A DNA stretch of 52,042 bases from Candidatus Taylorbacteria bacterium RIFCSPLOWO2_12_FULL_43_20 (GTDB lineage Bacteria; Patescibacteriota; Minisyncoccia; Phycocordibacterales; HO2-43-120): NCBI GenBank assembly GCA_001821295.1, contig MHSK01000011.1, positions 1 to 52,042 on the forward strand. The letters are read 5' to 3'. The translations under genes and the position numbers were made by a program. A model generated the notes under the pieces. That model made no database searches. It worked only from the letters and a program-made list of their open reading frames with translations, and had not been told where the DNA came from. Of this stretch, positions 42,940 to 51,086 are shown piece after piece (position 1 is the first letter of the stretch; the number at the start of each line of letters is the position of its first letter).

Positions 42940-44394
42940 TCACAAGCTGAGTGAGGACTTGGAGGCGGAGTTTACGGCCGCCTCCTTGAACCATTGAAGA
43001 AGTGATTGCACATCTTTTTCTCTGTCTTTGGATCCCAATACGATAAAAGCCACATTATATTTATCGTTTCCAACTTGAAGTTTGAATACCGAAAGCATTG
43101 TCTCGTTGGCGGCTTGGGTATAGCCGGTTTTACCGCCGACAAAGTCAGAGTCGTCGCTGAATATGTTGAAATTAGTGAACCGGTGCTCGTGCTGGGGGGT
43201 CAGCAACTCTTTTTCAGGCAGGCGTGTAATGGCGAGAATGAATGATTTTTTATTATTAAGGTATTTTGCCATAAGGTACAGGTCATAACCAGTTGATGTA
43301 TTTCCGCTTGAAATGCCGGACGAGTCGGTAAAAGTCGTATCGGTCATTCCGAGCGCCTCTGCTTTTTTGTTCATCAGCGAGATGAATCCGGTTTCCCCAT
43401 AGTAGTAGGAGTACGCCTTGGCCGCGTCGTTGGAAGATTCCATAAGCAGAGGGTATAGCAGATCATTTGCTGTTATTTCTTCTCCCTTCTGCAAATGACC
43501 GCTGTCCCCATGCGTCTCCAATATATAATCGTTGATGGTTATCACTCTATCAAACATGATCGCTTCGTTTGCCACTATGGCCGTCATGAGTTTTGTGATT
43601 GACGCTATGGGGTAAACATTTTTCATGTTTTTTTCCAAAAAAACTTCTCCGGTGTTAATGTCCGCGATTATGAAGGCGTCGGATGTCAGATGGGGAAGCG
43701 GTATGTCTTTAATTCTTATATCCTCGCGTTTGGGATTGCTGTCGTCTTCGGAGCTTTCGTGAACGAAAATAGGGGTGCCATTTTCCACGAACTCAAACAC
43801 TTTTCTCGCGTCTTCAACATCCAGCCGTATGCATCCGCCTGAATAACCGGGGGCTACGGGGGTTCCGTCGGGATAGTATGGCCATCCGTGGATAAAAAAG
43901 TTACCGTAAAATTGCATGCTGTAGGGCATGTACACTTTGCCGACCGAAGAGAAATGAGTGCGGATTTTACTCAGTATTTTATAATCACCGCTCGGTGTTT
44001 CCCAAAAAGATCCCGGCTTGCCCTTGGATAATATCGGAAAAGTCTCTTTTATGCCGCCGTCTTCAAAAAGGATAAGCTTCATGCTATCCAGGTCGGCCGC
44101 GACAAATTTACCCAGTGTGGGAATGTGGTTTTCAATCGTATCAATGGCTATGGTTTTCTGCGGCGTAAAAATTTCTTTCTCTGGCGTTGCCTTGTCTCCA
44201 AGGACAGAAGATGATGATTTCACTTGCGTTGCATCTAACTCAACCATTGGCGATTTTACCTCTTCGCCGGCGGCTTTTGAAATAGTTTTACTCATGTAAA
44301 AACTGATTGAAACCATGCATAAAAAAAAGAGCATGCTCGCCCAAAAAACAATCTCAACCCCGCTTCTTTTCCTGTCGTTATTTTGCGTTCTCAT
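42940..44394 (-). CDS. Membrane-anchored fusion of an L,D-transpeptidase (YkuD) domain and a D-alanyl-D-alanine carboxypeptidase (S11/PBP5-like) domain
   Basis: YkuD catalytic motif IHGWP...GYSGGCIRL. S11 motifs SITK (SxxK), SSN (SxN) and KTGYT (KTG). N-terminal basic stretch plus TM from MRTQNNDRKR (start 44394; tracked ORF start 44457). Confidence 0.85.
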   Translation of the reverse strand: MRTQNNDRKRSGVEIVFWASMLFFLCMVSISFYMSKTISKAAGEEVKSPMVELDATQVKSSSSVLGDKATPEKEIFTPQKTIAIDTIENHIPTLGKFVAADLDSMKLILFEDGGIKETFPILSKGKPGSFWETPSGDYKILSKIRTHFSSVGKVYMPYSMQFYGNFFIHGWPYYPDGTPVAPGYSGGCIRLDVEDARKVFEFVENGTPIFVHESSEDDSNPKREDIRIKDIPLPHLTSDAFIIADINTGEVFLEKNMKNVYPIASITKLMTAIVANEAIMFDRVITINDYILETHGDSGHLQKGEEITANDLLYPLLMESSNDAAKAYSYYYGETGFISLMNKKAEALGMTDTTFTDSSGISSGNTSTGYDLYLMAKYLNNKKSFILAITRLPEKELLTPQHEHRFTNFNIFSDDSDFVGGKTGYTQAANETMLSVFKLQVGNDKYNVAFIVLGSKDREKDVQSLLQWFKEAAVNSASKSSLSL

Positions 44395-44649
44395 CAATGC
44401 GAATAATGATACACGACAATTGGCTATAATGGGAGGAACTATCGCGCTCCAATACATAAAACACGCCAGACGGGTGGCGTGTTTAAAAATCAGAATATCT
44501 ATAGATGTGGGCCCTTCGCTACTGCTCAGGGTCCTACAAAAATATAGTCACTCGCTTCGCTCGTTCATTATTTTTGTGGACATCGACCAAAATACTTGGA
44601 ACCGCTTACAACATTATGTGATGGAGTGGAATCCAGCAGTTGAAGAAGC

Positions 44650-44680
44650 AAAAACCCGCGACCATATTTCAGATCGCGGG
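44650..44680 (-). terminator. Rho-independent terminator (CCCGCGA...TCGCGGG plus T5 on the minus strand)
   Basis: Read directly, about 60 nt downstream of the 149-aa gene. Confidence 0.6.
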
Positions 44681-44740
44681 GAAAGTTTGTGAAAGTTTCG
44701 AGCTTTCGCTCCGGTTTCTTTCAACCGAATGGAGTTACCA

Positions 44741-45190
44741 TTATTTTTTGACCGTGGCCTGGACGTACTCCGTATCGGCGGCTTTCACAGTCACCCCGTA
44801 TGCCAGTTCGACCACATGGTCGTTCTGGTCAGCGAACCGTCGCTGAACGGGGAACCGGAGTTCGATACGAATTAATCCCTCGCCAGCCGGTTGGACCCAC
44901 AGATGTGCCTTGTCGAAGTGAAACTCCGGCGAAAGCGTAAATGGGACACACCAGCGACCGAGGAATTGGCCGAACGGACTCAGTGGGTCAAACCCGAAGG
45001 CCAGGTAGAGGGTGCCGTCCTTATCCGGGATGATTGAAATTTCAGGTCCACTGGCGACCCGGAATCCATCCATGTGGATACGGTTCTTGTGTTCGGCTTT
45101 CAAACCGGACAAGTAACCGTACTTCTCGGCCAGTTGGTCACCCAAAGTCTTGGCCTGTTCATCAGTCAGTTTCGTTGCGGTAGCGTTCAT
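44741..45190 (-). CDS. Hypothetical 149-aa protein, compositionally foreign (high G+C)
   Basis: Intact ORF with its own consensus promoter, an AAAGGAAAAG ribosome-binding region and a terminator. Sampled 60-nt stretches are roughly 55-60% G+C by hand count. No family recognised. Confidence 0.65.
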   Translation of the reverse strand: MNATATKLTDEQAKTLGDQLAEKYGYLSGLKAEHKNRIHMDGFRVASGPEISIIPDKDGTLYLAFGFDPLSPFGQFLGRWCVPFTLSPEFHFDKAHLWVQPAGEGLIRIELRFPVQRRFADQNDHVVELAYGVTVKAADTEYVQATVKK

Positions 45191-45298
45191 GTTCTTTTCC
45201 TTTCAGTTTGTTGAGGTTAAAAGTGACTCTAAAAGCGCAATTTCTGTGCCCTTGGAGTCACTCTCAACCACTTTCTCAATGAGCCTGTAACTGTTACT

Positions 45299-45327
45299 AG
45301 TATAGCATTATACTTCATACTTGTCAA
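45299..45327 (-). promoter_or_regulatory. Consensus promoter TTGACA-N17-TATACT (minus strand)
   Basis: Read directly. Followed by the inverted repeat AGTGACTC...GAGTCACT in the 5' UTR of the 149-aa gene. Confidence 0.5.
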
Positions 45328-45399
45328 GCAAGCAAAAGAAGCATGGAGTGTTGCACTTACTTGTTGAACTCACGAAGGTGAATTTGCACGCTAAACACA

Positions 45400-45651
45400 C
45401 TACACCAAATGTCTTCTGGTAAATGCAAAACCAGACCCATGTTTCAAATATTTTTCAAATTGTAACGCCTTTTTCTTCTCGGAAAAGCAACAATACCAGA
45501 CTAACTTTGTAGGCAATCGATTAGAAGTTGTCTTTACCGATCCTGACAAATGACTTTTCAAACGAGATTTCAAATATTGAGATGAACCAACGTACAAGGA
45601 ATTATCTTTCTGACTTTTTAGTATATAGACAAAGTAAGACATTGCGATCAT
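45400..45651 (-). CDS. Stand-alone GIY-YIG (URI-domain) nuclease-family protein (83 aa)
   Basis: YFVYILKSQKDNSLYVGSSQYLKSRLKSH matches the GIY-(x10)-YVG motif of small GIY-YIG proteins. Confidence 0.8.
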   Translation of the reverse strand: MIAMSYFVYILKSQKDNSLYVGSSQYLKSRLKSHLSGSVKTTSNRLPTKLVWYCCFSEKKKALQFEKYLKHGSGFAFTRRHLV

Positions 45652-45791
45652 TGTATAGAAAATGCCCTGCTCCGCTCCTAATCGGAGCTACGCAGGACAC
45701 TGCTTCGCGTTATTTCATGAAGCAAAATGATTTCTATAAAACAGCAGTGCAGTGCTTGCACTGCGTAGCTCGCGACTAGCGAGCGAAGCAG

Positions 45792-46198
45792 TGGAGATGG
45801 GCGGAATCGAACCGCCGTGCAATTGAATCTCGCGCGCACTTCTACAAAGTTTAGTTTGCTTTCTTTCGCGTGAGCGAATTTAAATCACATGGCTATAAAC
45901 AAACCAAATACCCTGTGATCGGTCCTCAGTTAATTTCAAAATCACATCAAGGCCCTGTGATTTCTATTCCGAAATTATAACACCTACTGCCCGCGTCTCG
46001 GACGTTCGCGGGTAAGGCGCCGCTTAGGCCGAAGCGTAAGCGAAAGCAAAGTCGTTTGCTCCAAAATATGGAGAAGCGACGGATTTTGCTTTTGCGACTA
46101 AGTTATTTACACTTAGTGTTTCTGTCAGATTAAAGAGTTAACAGTGCTCTACTTTGCGTATGCGCGAGGAGCTCAACTGTCTATGCCGGAGCATCCCC
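45792..46198 (-). ncRNA. ssrA: tmRNA (transfer-messenger RNA)
   Basis: 3' end GGCGG-TTCGATT-CCGCC-CATCTCCA forms the T-arm and acceptor strand. 5' GGGGATG pairs with CATCTCC, including the G3:U wobble. Putative tag ORF GCA AAC GAC TTT GCT TTC GCT TAC GCT TCG GCC TAA (ANDFAFAYASA, 46024-46059) has its stop inside hairpin CGCTTA...TAAGCG. CCA is not encoded. Confidence 0.85.
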
Positions 46199-46642
46199 AT
46201 TTTTTTTCAAGGTCCTTCTCATTTCACGTTCCGTGTCTCTCTTTTTCAAATCTTCCCGTTTGTCGTAAAGTTTCTTACCTCTTACGACGGCCAAACGTAC
46301 CTTAATCTTACGCTCTTTATTATACATCAAAAGAGGAATTATTGTCAAACCCTTCTTTTTCTCATATCCCGCTAGTATCGCCATTTCCTTTTTCGTGACG
46401 AGAAGGCGTCTATTCCTCCTTGGCTCATAATCTTTCGGAGTGTTTTTTTCCTGATAGGGAGAGATTAACGCGTTTAGAAGGAACGTCTCGCCGCCTCGCA
46501 CTGTCACGTGCGATCCGATCAGTGATCCTTGTCCCTCTCTAAGCGATTTGACCTCCAAGCCACGGAGCTCTATTCCGGCGTCAAATTCGTGTATTGTCTC
46601 GTAATTAAAGCGGGCTTTTTTGTTGTCTAAAATGACTTGCAT
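46181..46642 (-). CDS. smpB: SsrA-binding protein SmpB
   Basis: LDNKKARFNYETIHEFDAGIELRGLEVKSLR signature and a basic C-terminal tail. Confidence 0.93.
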   Translation of the reverse strand: MQVILDNKKARFNYETIHEFDAGIELRGLEVKSLREGQGSLIGSHVTVRGGETFLLNALISPYQEKNTPKDYEPRRNRRLLVTKKEMAILAGYEKKKGLTIIPLLMYNKERKIKVRLAVVRGKKLYDKREDLKKRDTEREMRRTLKKNGDAPA

Positions 46643-46758
46643 GCAGAAATCATAGCAGAATAGCGAGAAAAAGTAATGGATTCAGCCGCTGATTTTTTAC
46701 GGTTCAGCGTGACGTGATATACTGTACTACGAGAGCAAGAGGTGTAAGTGGCTGCGGT

Positions 46759-47034
46759 TCATAGTAGATACCGCTTAACGACTCCGACGCTTCGGTCGGG
46801 GCTCCGACCGAAGCGTCGGGGATAGATACGAATGGGGAACACCCCATCCTTATATAAGCACGAAGCACCAAATAACAAATTACAAAAAATTGTAAATTCA
46901 AAAAGGAGAAAAGGAAGAAGAGAGAAGACACCCCATCCCTCGTACCCCTACGCTCGAAGCGAGCTTCGGCGGCACACAGTAAGAACGAGGACTTCCCCTC
47001 TAAAGAGGGGCAGAGGGGAACGTCCTGCGGTGCC
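46759..47034 (+). repeat. Family E mosaic element, copy E2 (~275 nt), includes the family D hairpin at 46782-46821
   Basis: Aligns with the reverse complement of 42667-42898. The gene-proximal end lies 81 nt upstream of the ftsH start. Confidence 0.9.
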
Positions 47035-47115
47035 GCTATTAAATTTAACGATCCCTTTCCTTGCACTTTTTAGAAATTAATGTTGAATACATTAAATAAC
47101 GGATAATATCACAGT

Positions 47116-49065
47116 ATGTTAAATATGCTTGAGAAAAAAAATCAGCCGAAAGAGCCAAAGAAGAAAAGGCCGGAAGGTCAGGGACCAATCATGCCTTTGC
47201 CGCCAAAGAACAGTCTTTTTGGAAATATCACCACTGCCATACTTATACTTCTGGCGATTGTTTTCGCCACTTCGCTATTTCGCGATTTGACCACCGAAAG
47301 CACCGTCATACCTATTTCAGAATTGGCGAGGGATATAAATGAAGAAAAAGTTCAAAAAATAACAATAGAAGGTGATGTTTTGGATGTGGGGTATAAAGAT
47401 GGCACGGTAAAGGAAAGCAAAAAAGAGGTTAATACTCCTCTTACGGACACGCTTGTAAATTACGGAGTTACATCCGCGGTTTTGGGCACGGTAGAGACAG
47501 AAGTTAAGTCTCCGTCAGGGATTGGCTATTGGATACTGAGTCTTGCCCCGTTCGTTTTGCCGATACTGATAATAGTTTTCATAATTTGGTTTTTATCACG
47601 GCAAGTAAAAGGCGCGGGTATGCAAGCCATGAGCTTCGGCCAATCTAAGGCCAGATTGATTTCGCCCCATGATAAAAAACAGAGGGTGACGTTCAAAGAT
47701 ATTGCCGGGGCCAAAGAGGCCAAAGAGGAACTTTCCGAGATTGTGGATTTTTTGAAGAATCCAAAAAAATTCCTGGATATAGGCGCCAAAATACCGAAAG
47801 GAGTGCTTCTCATGGGAGCTTCCGGTGTGGGAAAAACACTGTTGGCTCGGGCTGTGGCGGGCGAGTCAAATGTTGCATTCTTTTCAATATCCGGGTCCGA
47901 ATTCGTTGAAATGTTCGTCGGTGTTGGAGCGGCGCGCACGAGAGACCTGTTTCAAATGGCAAAAAAGACGGCTCCCGCTATAATATTTATTGACGAAATT
48001 GACGCAGTGGGCAGAGTGAGAGGTACGGGTGTGGGAGGAGGAAACGACGAGAGAGAACAAACATTGAACCAAATACTCGTGGAGATGGATGGATTTGAGC
48101 CGCACGAGAAAGTAATAGTGATGGCGGCCACCAACAGGCCGGATGTCTTGGATCCAGCGTTGGTGCGCCCCGGACGTTTTGACAGGAGGGTGACAATTGA
48201 TCTTCCCGACAGAAATGATCGCGAGGAGATTCTTAAGATTCACGCGAGGATGAAACCGTTCGCCGAGGATGTCAATCTGGAAGTCGTGGCCGAAAGAACC
48301 CCGGGTTTTTCGGGCGCGGATCTTTATTCGCTTATGAATGAGGCGGCCATATTGGCGGCAAGGGAAAACAGAAAGAAAGTGTCGCAGTATGATCTGATTC
48401 GCGCGATAGAAAAAGTGATGCTCGGTCCTGAAAGGCGAAGTCATCTACTGACAAAAAAAGAAAAAGAAATTACCGCCTATCATGAGGCGGGTCACGCGCT
48501 CATGGCATCAGTATTGCCGTTTGCCGATCCTGTCCATAAGATTTCCATTATTGCTCGAGGTAGAGCGGGAGGATATACTCTCAAACTTCCGCTGGAAGAC
48601 AGGAAACTTCAGTCCAAAAAGGAATTTTTGGACGATATAGCGGTGTCGCTTGGTGGGTATGTCACGGAAAGAATGGTCTTTGGAGACTTAAGCACCGGTC
48701 CCTCAAACGATCTCCAGGTTTCCACAGCTTTAGCCAGAAACATGATAACCAAATACGGTATGTCTGACAAAATAGGGCCCGTGGCTCTGGAGGGAGAAGG
48801 AGGTAGAGTTCTCTTTGGAAGGGGAGTGGAGGAGAGAGAGTATTCCGAGCGGGTAAGCGCGGATATTGACAGTGAGGTATCAAGAGTAATGAATGAAGCT
48901 ATGGATAAGGCGGAGCACATATTGAAAGAAAATAAAAAAGCTCTGGACGCGATTGCCGCTCGGCTCATTGAGGTGGAGACTATAGAAAGGGAAGAATATG
49001 AGAAGATCATTATCGCTCATGGAATAATTCCGAAAAAGAAGCAGGACATTGAGCATCAGGTCTAA
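47116..49065 (+). CDS. ftsH: ATP-dependent zinc metalloprotease FtsH
   Basis: Two N-terminal TM helices, AAA+ Walker [18 protein letters not shown], Walker B IIFIDEID, zinc motif HEAGHA. Confidence 0.95.
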   Translation: MLNMLEKKNQPKEPKKKRPEGQGPIMPLPPKNSLFGNITTAILILLAIVFATSLFRDLTTESTVIPISELARDINEEKVQKITIEGDVLDVGYKDGTVKESKKEVNTPLTDTLVNYGVTSAVLGTVETEVKSPSGIGYWILSLAPFVLPILIIVFIIWFLSRQVKGAGMQAMSFGQSKARLISPHDKKQRVTFKDIAGAKEAKEELSEIVDFLKNPKKFLDIGAKIPKGVLLMGASGVGKTLLARAVAGESNVAFFSISGSEFVEMFVGVGAARTRDLFQMAKKTAPAIIFIDEIDAVGRVRGTGVGGGNDEREQTLNQILVEMDGFEPHEKVIVMAATNRPDVLDPALVRPGRFDRRVTIDLPDRNDREEILKIHARMKPFAEDVNLEVVAERTPGFSGADLYSLMNEAAILAARENRKKVSQYDLIRAIEKVMLGPERRSHLLTKKEKEITAYHEAGHALMASVLPFADPVHKISIIARGRAGGYTLKLPLEDRKLQSKKEFLDDIAVSLGGYVTERMVFGDLSTGPSNDLQVSTALARNMITKYGMSDKIGPVALEGEGGRVLFGRGVEEREYSERVSADIDSEVSRVMNEAMDKAEHILKENKKALDAIAARLIEVETIEREEYEKIIIAHGIIPKKKQDIEHQV

Positions 49066-49068
49066 CGT

Positions 49069-49159
49069 CTATAGGACTTACGCGTCTATTGTCATTCCCG
49101 CCTTCGCGGGAATGACAATAGAGAATGGTTTGGAAAAAGCCAGTATGCGTAAGTTCTAG
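49069..49159. repeat. Mosaic element: family B-type termini enclosing a family C hairpin
   Basis: CTATAGGACTTACGCG ... TGCGTAAGTTCTAG flank CTATTGTCATTCCCGCCTTCGCGGGAATGACAATAG. Lies between the convergent ftsH and trmB-like genes. Confidence 0.8.
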
Positions 49160-49160
49160 T

Positions 49161-49913
49161 CTATCTGAGAGATTTCCAAATTGAGTCAAAAATTAAACGT
49201 TCCGTCTTGTATATACCCGCGTCTTCTATTATCAGGCCGTGAGGGATATCATTATCTCCTATTGATATCATCGCGACCTTGCTTTTATATATGAGCGTGT
49301 AAGTAGGCGCGCCTTTCTTTCTCATGAGCCATTTTCTCTCGTCCATACCCTGCAAACGGCCACCCGATCCCAATGCTATGGTGCGGACAAAGATTTTTCT
49401 CTTTATTCTTTCCTTCGTAAATTCCGGATATGATTCCTTGTGATATAAATATGGCCGTATTGTGGAAGACGAATAGGCGGCGTATTCCTTGTCTTTGATT
49501 TTTTCAACCGAATCCAAAACATCTTCAAGTATCGTTCTAACTCCCGAAAAGTTTTCGTAAAATTTAATGACAGGCCGATTGGAGGCGATTGTTGAGTTAG
49601 AGAAAAGCTTCGGTATGACGCTTTTTAATGTATTTTCAACTTCATTAATCTCCATTTTTCTCCTGGAGCAGAGCTTATTCAGCACTTTGGGGTCTTCCGC
49701 CAGAAAATGCTGGTGTTTGCCATGATGGTAATATGACACAAGTCCCATCTGCTGCAACTTTTTCAGCAAGTCGTAAGTTGTCCCACGATTAATGTCAGCT
49801 TTTTCGGCGATTTTTCTTATAGCTGTCGGTCCGGTTTCCAAGAGAGTCATGTAGAGTGTCGCTTCCTTGTCTGTAAGGCCGAGCCTATTAAGCGTTAGCG
49901 TTATATCGTTCAT
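49161..49913 (-). CDS. TrmB-family transcriptional regulator
   Basis: N-terminal winged helix LGLTDKEATLYMTLLETGPTAIRKIAEKADINRGTTYDLLKKLQQMGLV. ATG at 49913 (MNDITL) preferred over the tracked 49994. Confidence 0.8.
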   Translation of the reverse strand: MNDITLTLNRLGLTDKEATLYMTLLETGPTAIRKIAEKADINRGTTYDLLKKLQQMGLVSYYHHGKHQHFLAEDPKVLNKLCSRRKMEINEVENTLKSVIPKLFSNSTIASNRPVIKFYENFSGVRTILEDVLDSVEKIKDKEYAAYSSSTIRPYLYHKESYPEFTKERIKRKIFVRTIALGSGGRLQGMDERKWLMRKKGAPTYTLIYKSKVAMISIGDNDIPHGLIIEDAGIYKTERLIFDSIWKSLR

Positions 49914-49926
49914 AGTGTAATTATAC

Positions 49927-49947
49927 TTGTCAATAGAAATTTGACAA
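49927..49947. promoter_or_regulatory. Operator-like palindrome TTGTCAA-N7-TTGACAA
   Basis: Read directly in the divergent trmB/pfkB intergenic region. Confidence 0.45.
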
Positions 49948-49987
49948 ATCAAGGAATACTCATGATAAGTCATTAAGCACAGCAATT

Positions 49988-50008
49988 TTGTCAATTTTAA
50001 ATTGACAA
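49988..50008. promoter_or_regulatory. Operator-like perfect 21-bp palindrome TTGTCAATTT-T-AAATTGACAA
   Basis: 10-bp perfect arms with the same half-site as 49927-49947; 34 nt upstream of the kinase ATG. Confidence 0.5.
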
Positions 50009-50041
50009 ACTATCATTGTCACCGATAGAATAGACAAAGAA

Positions 50042-50986
50042 ATGAACATTATGAAAACGAAGCATAAAGTGGTGGTGGGATTTTCCGTGAATCCCGAGTT
50101 TGAAATTAACGTTGGCGGTGACGCAAAGGAACCAAAGAAAACTTTGCGCAGGTTCAGCGGTAGACTGAGCGGATCATCCGGCAACGTGGCGATCGCTCTC
50201 CAGACGCTGGGAGTAAGCCCGCGGCTCCTGGGTTTAGTAGGAGTAAGCCCCGTGCATGAAAATTCTTGGGAGGGTAAATTTTTTGATGAGCTGGTCAGAT
50301 CAAGCGGGTTTAGTTTCTGGGGAATTCCGGCTCTTCAAAGGACAAATATCGCCGCTATTCCCGTTGTTAACGAGAAGAACGGCGAGGTTTGGGGCAGACG
50401 GAACGGAGTTCTTCGTCATGCTATCCGGCCAGCGCTACGCATGCTTGAGAGTTTTGGCTCAAACAAACAAGCGTTTGCTGTGGTCACCAGTTTGCGGGGC
50501 GGGGAATTACCGTTCGCGACCTCACTTCTTGCGGCAACGCAAGAGGGATATCGCGTTTTGAATGCCAAAGACACGCTATGCCGGCGGCCGGGTTTTGTCC
50601 GGCTCCTCCGGATAGTTGATGTGGTAGTTCTCAATCGGCAGGAATTCGCCGCCACGAACATGTCGTATGACGCTATTCACCGTCGAGGGCCGAAAATTGT
50701 CGTGGTTACCCATGACAAAGATGGCGGGTATTGTTCTTTTTGCGGCAAGATCTTTTCTTTTGCCCCTCATTCTTTCAAGGGAGGGGTGTTTGAAACGGGC
50801 GCCGGTGATTGGTTTCTCGGGGCTTTGGTCGCGGAGCTGATAAGGCATGAGGAAAACGCCGCTTCATGCTCTATGAATCAGTTCAGAGACATTATTGATT
50901 TTTCCGCCAAGGTGGCGGGAAAGAAAATCACTATGTCCGGTGGGTCAAACGGACCTACCCGAGTACAATTGAGACAGCCGGCATAA
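50042..50986 (+). CDS. PfkB-family carbohydrate/nucleoside kinase
   Basis: N-terminal G-G motif region SGSSGNVAIAL and C-terminal ETGAGDWFLGAL (DTxGAGD-type anion hole). G+C is somewhat higher than in neighbours. Confidence 0.75.
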   Translation: MNIMKTKHKVVVGFSVNPEFEINVGGDAKEPKKTLRRFSGRLSGSSGNVAIALQTLGVSPRLLGLVGVSPVHENSWEGKFFDELVRSSGFSFWGIPALQRTNIAAIPVVNEKNGEVWGRRNGVLRHAIRPALRMLESFGSNKQAFAVVTSLRGGELPFATSLLAATQEGYRVLNAKDTLCRRPGFVRLLRIVDVVVLNRQEFAATNMSYDAIHRRGPKIVVVTHDKDGGYCSFCGKIFSFAPHSFKGGVFETGAGDWFLGALVAELIRHEENAASCSMNQFRDIIDFSAKVAGKKITMSGGSNGPTRVQLRQPA

Positions 50987-51008
50987 TAATCTGCCGGCTT
51001 TTTTTTTT
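50976..51008 (+). terminator. Rho-independent terminator AGCCGGC-N10-GCCGGCT plus T10
   Basis: Read directly; overlaps the kinase stop codon. Confidence 0.8.
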
Positions 51009-51086
51009 GCGCGAAATAGGGATTTGCACTGAAGTATGTGTTTTGGCTCATTCAAACCATCCCCATCTGTTAGTCCAGCGCTCTCT

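Noticed and set aside
44615-44640. Possible degenerate direct repeat of the tmRNA 3' end, which would mark an island att site
   Set aside because: Only a patchy match (TGGAG..GGAATC) is visible by eye, too weak to call without an alignment. It is mentioned only as a caveat in the islet finding.
44315-44692. 125-aa plus-strand ORF across the PBP-fusion 5' end and the adjacent spacer
   Set aside because: It overlaps the start of the minus-strand PBP-fusion gene and runs through two hairpin/terminator structures, with no RBS or family resemblance.
46704-47080. ORFs 46704..47066 (-) and 46832..47080 (+)
   Set aside because: Both lie entirely within mosaic repeat E2. The equivalent region of E1 is not an ORF because of the 36-nt indel.
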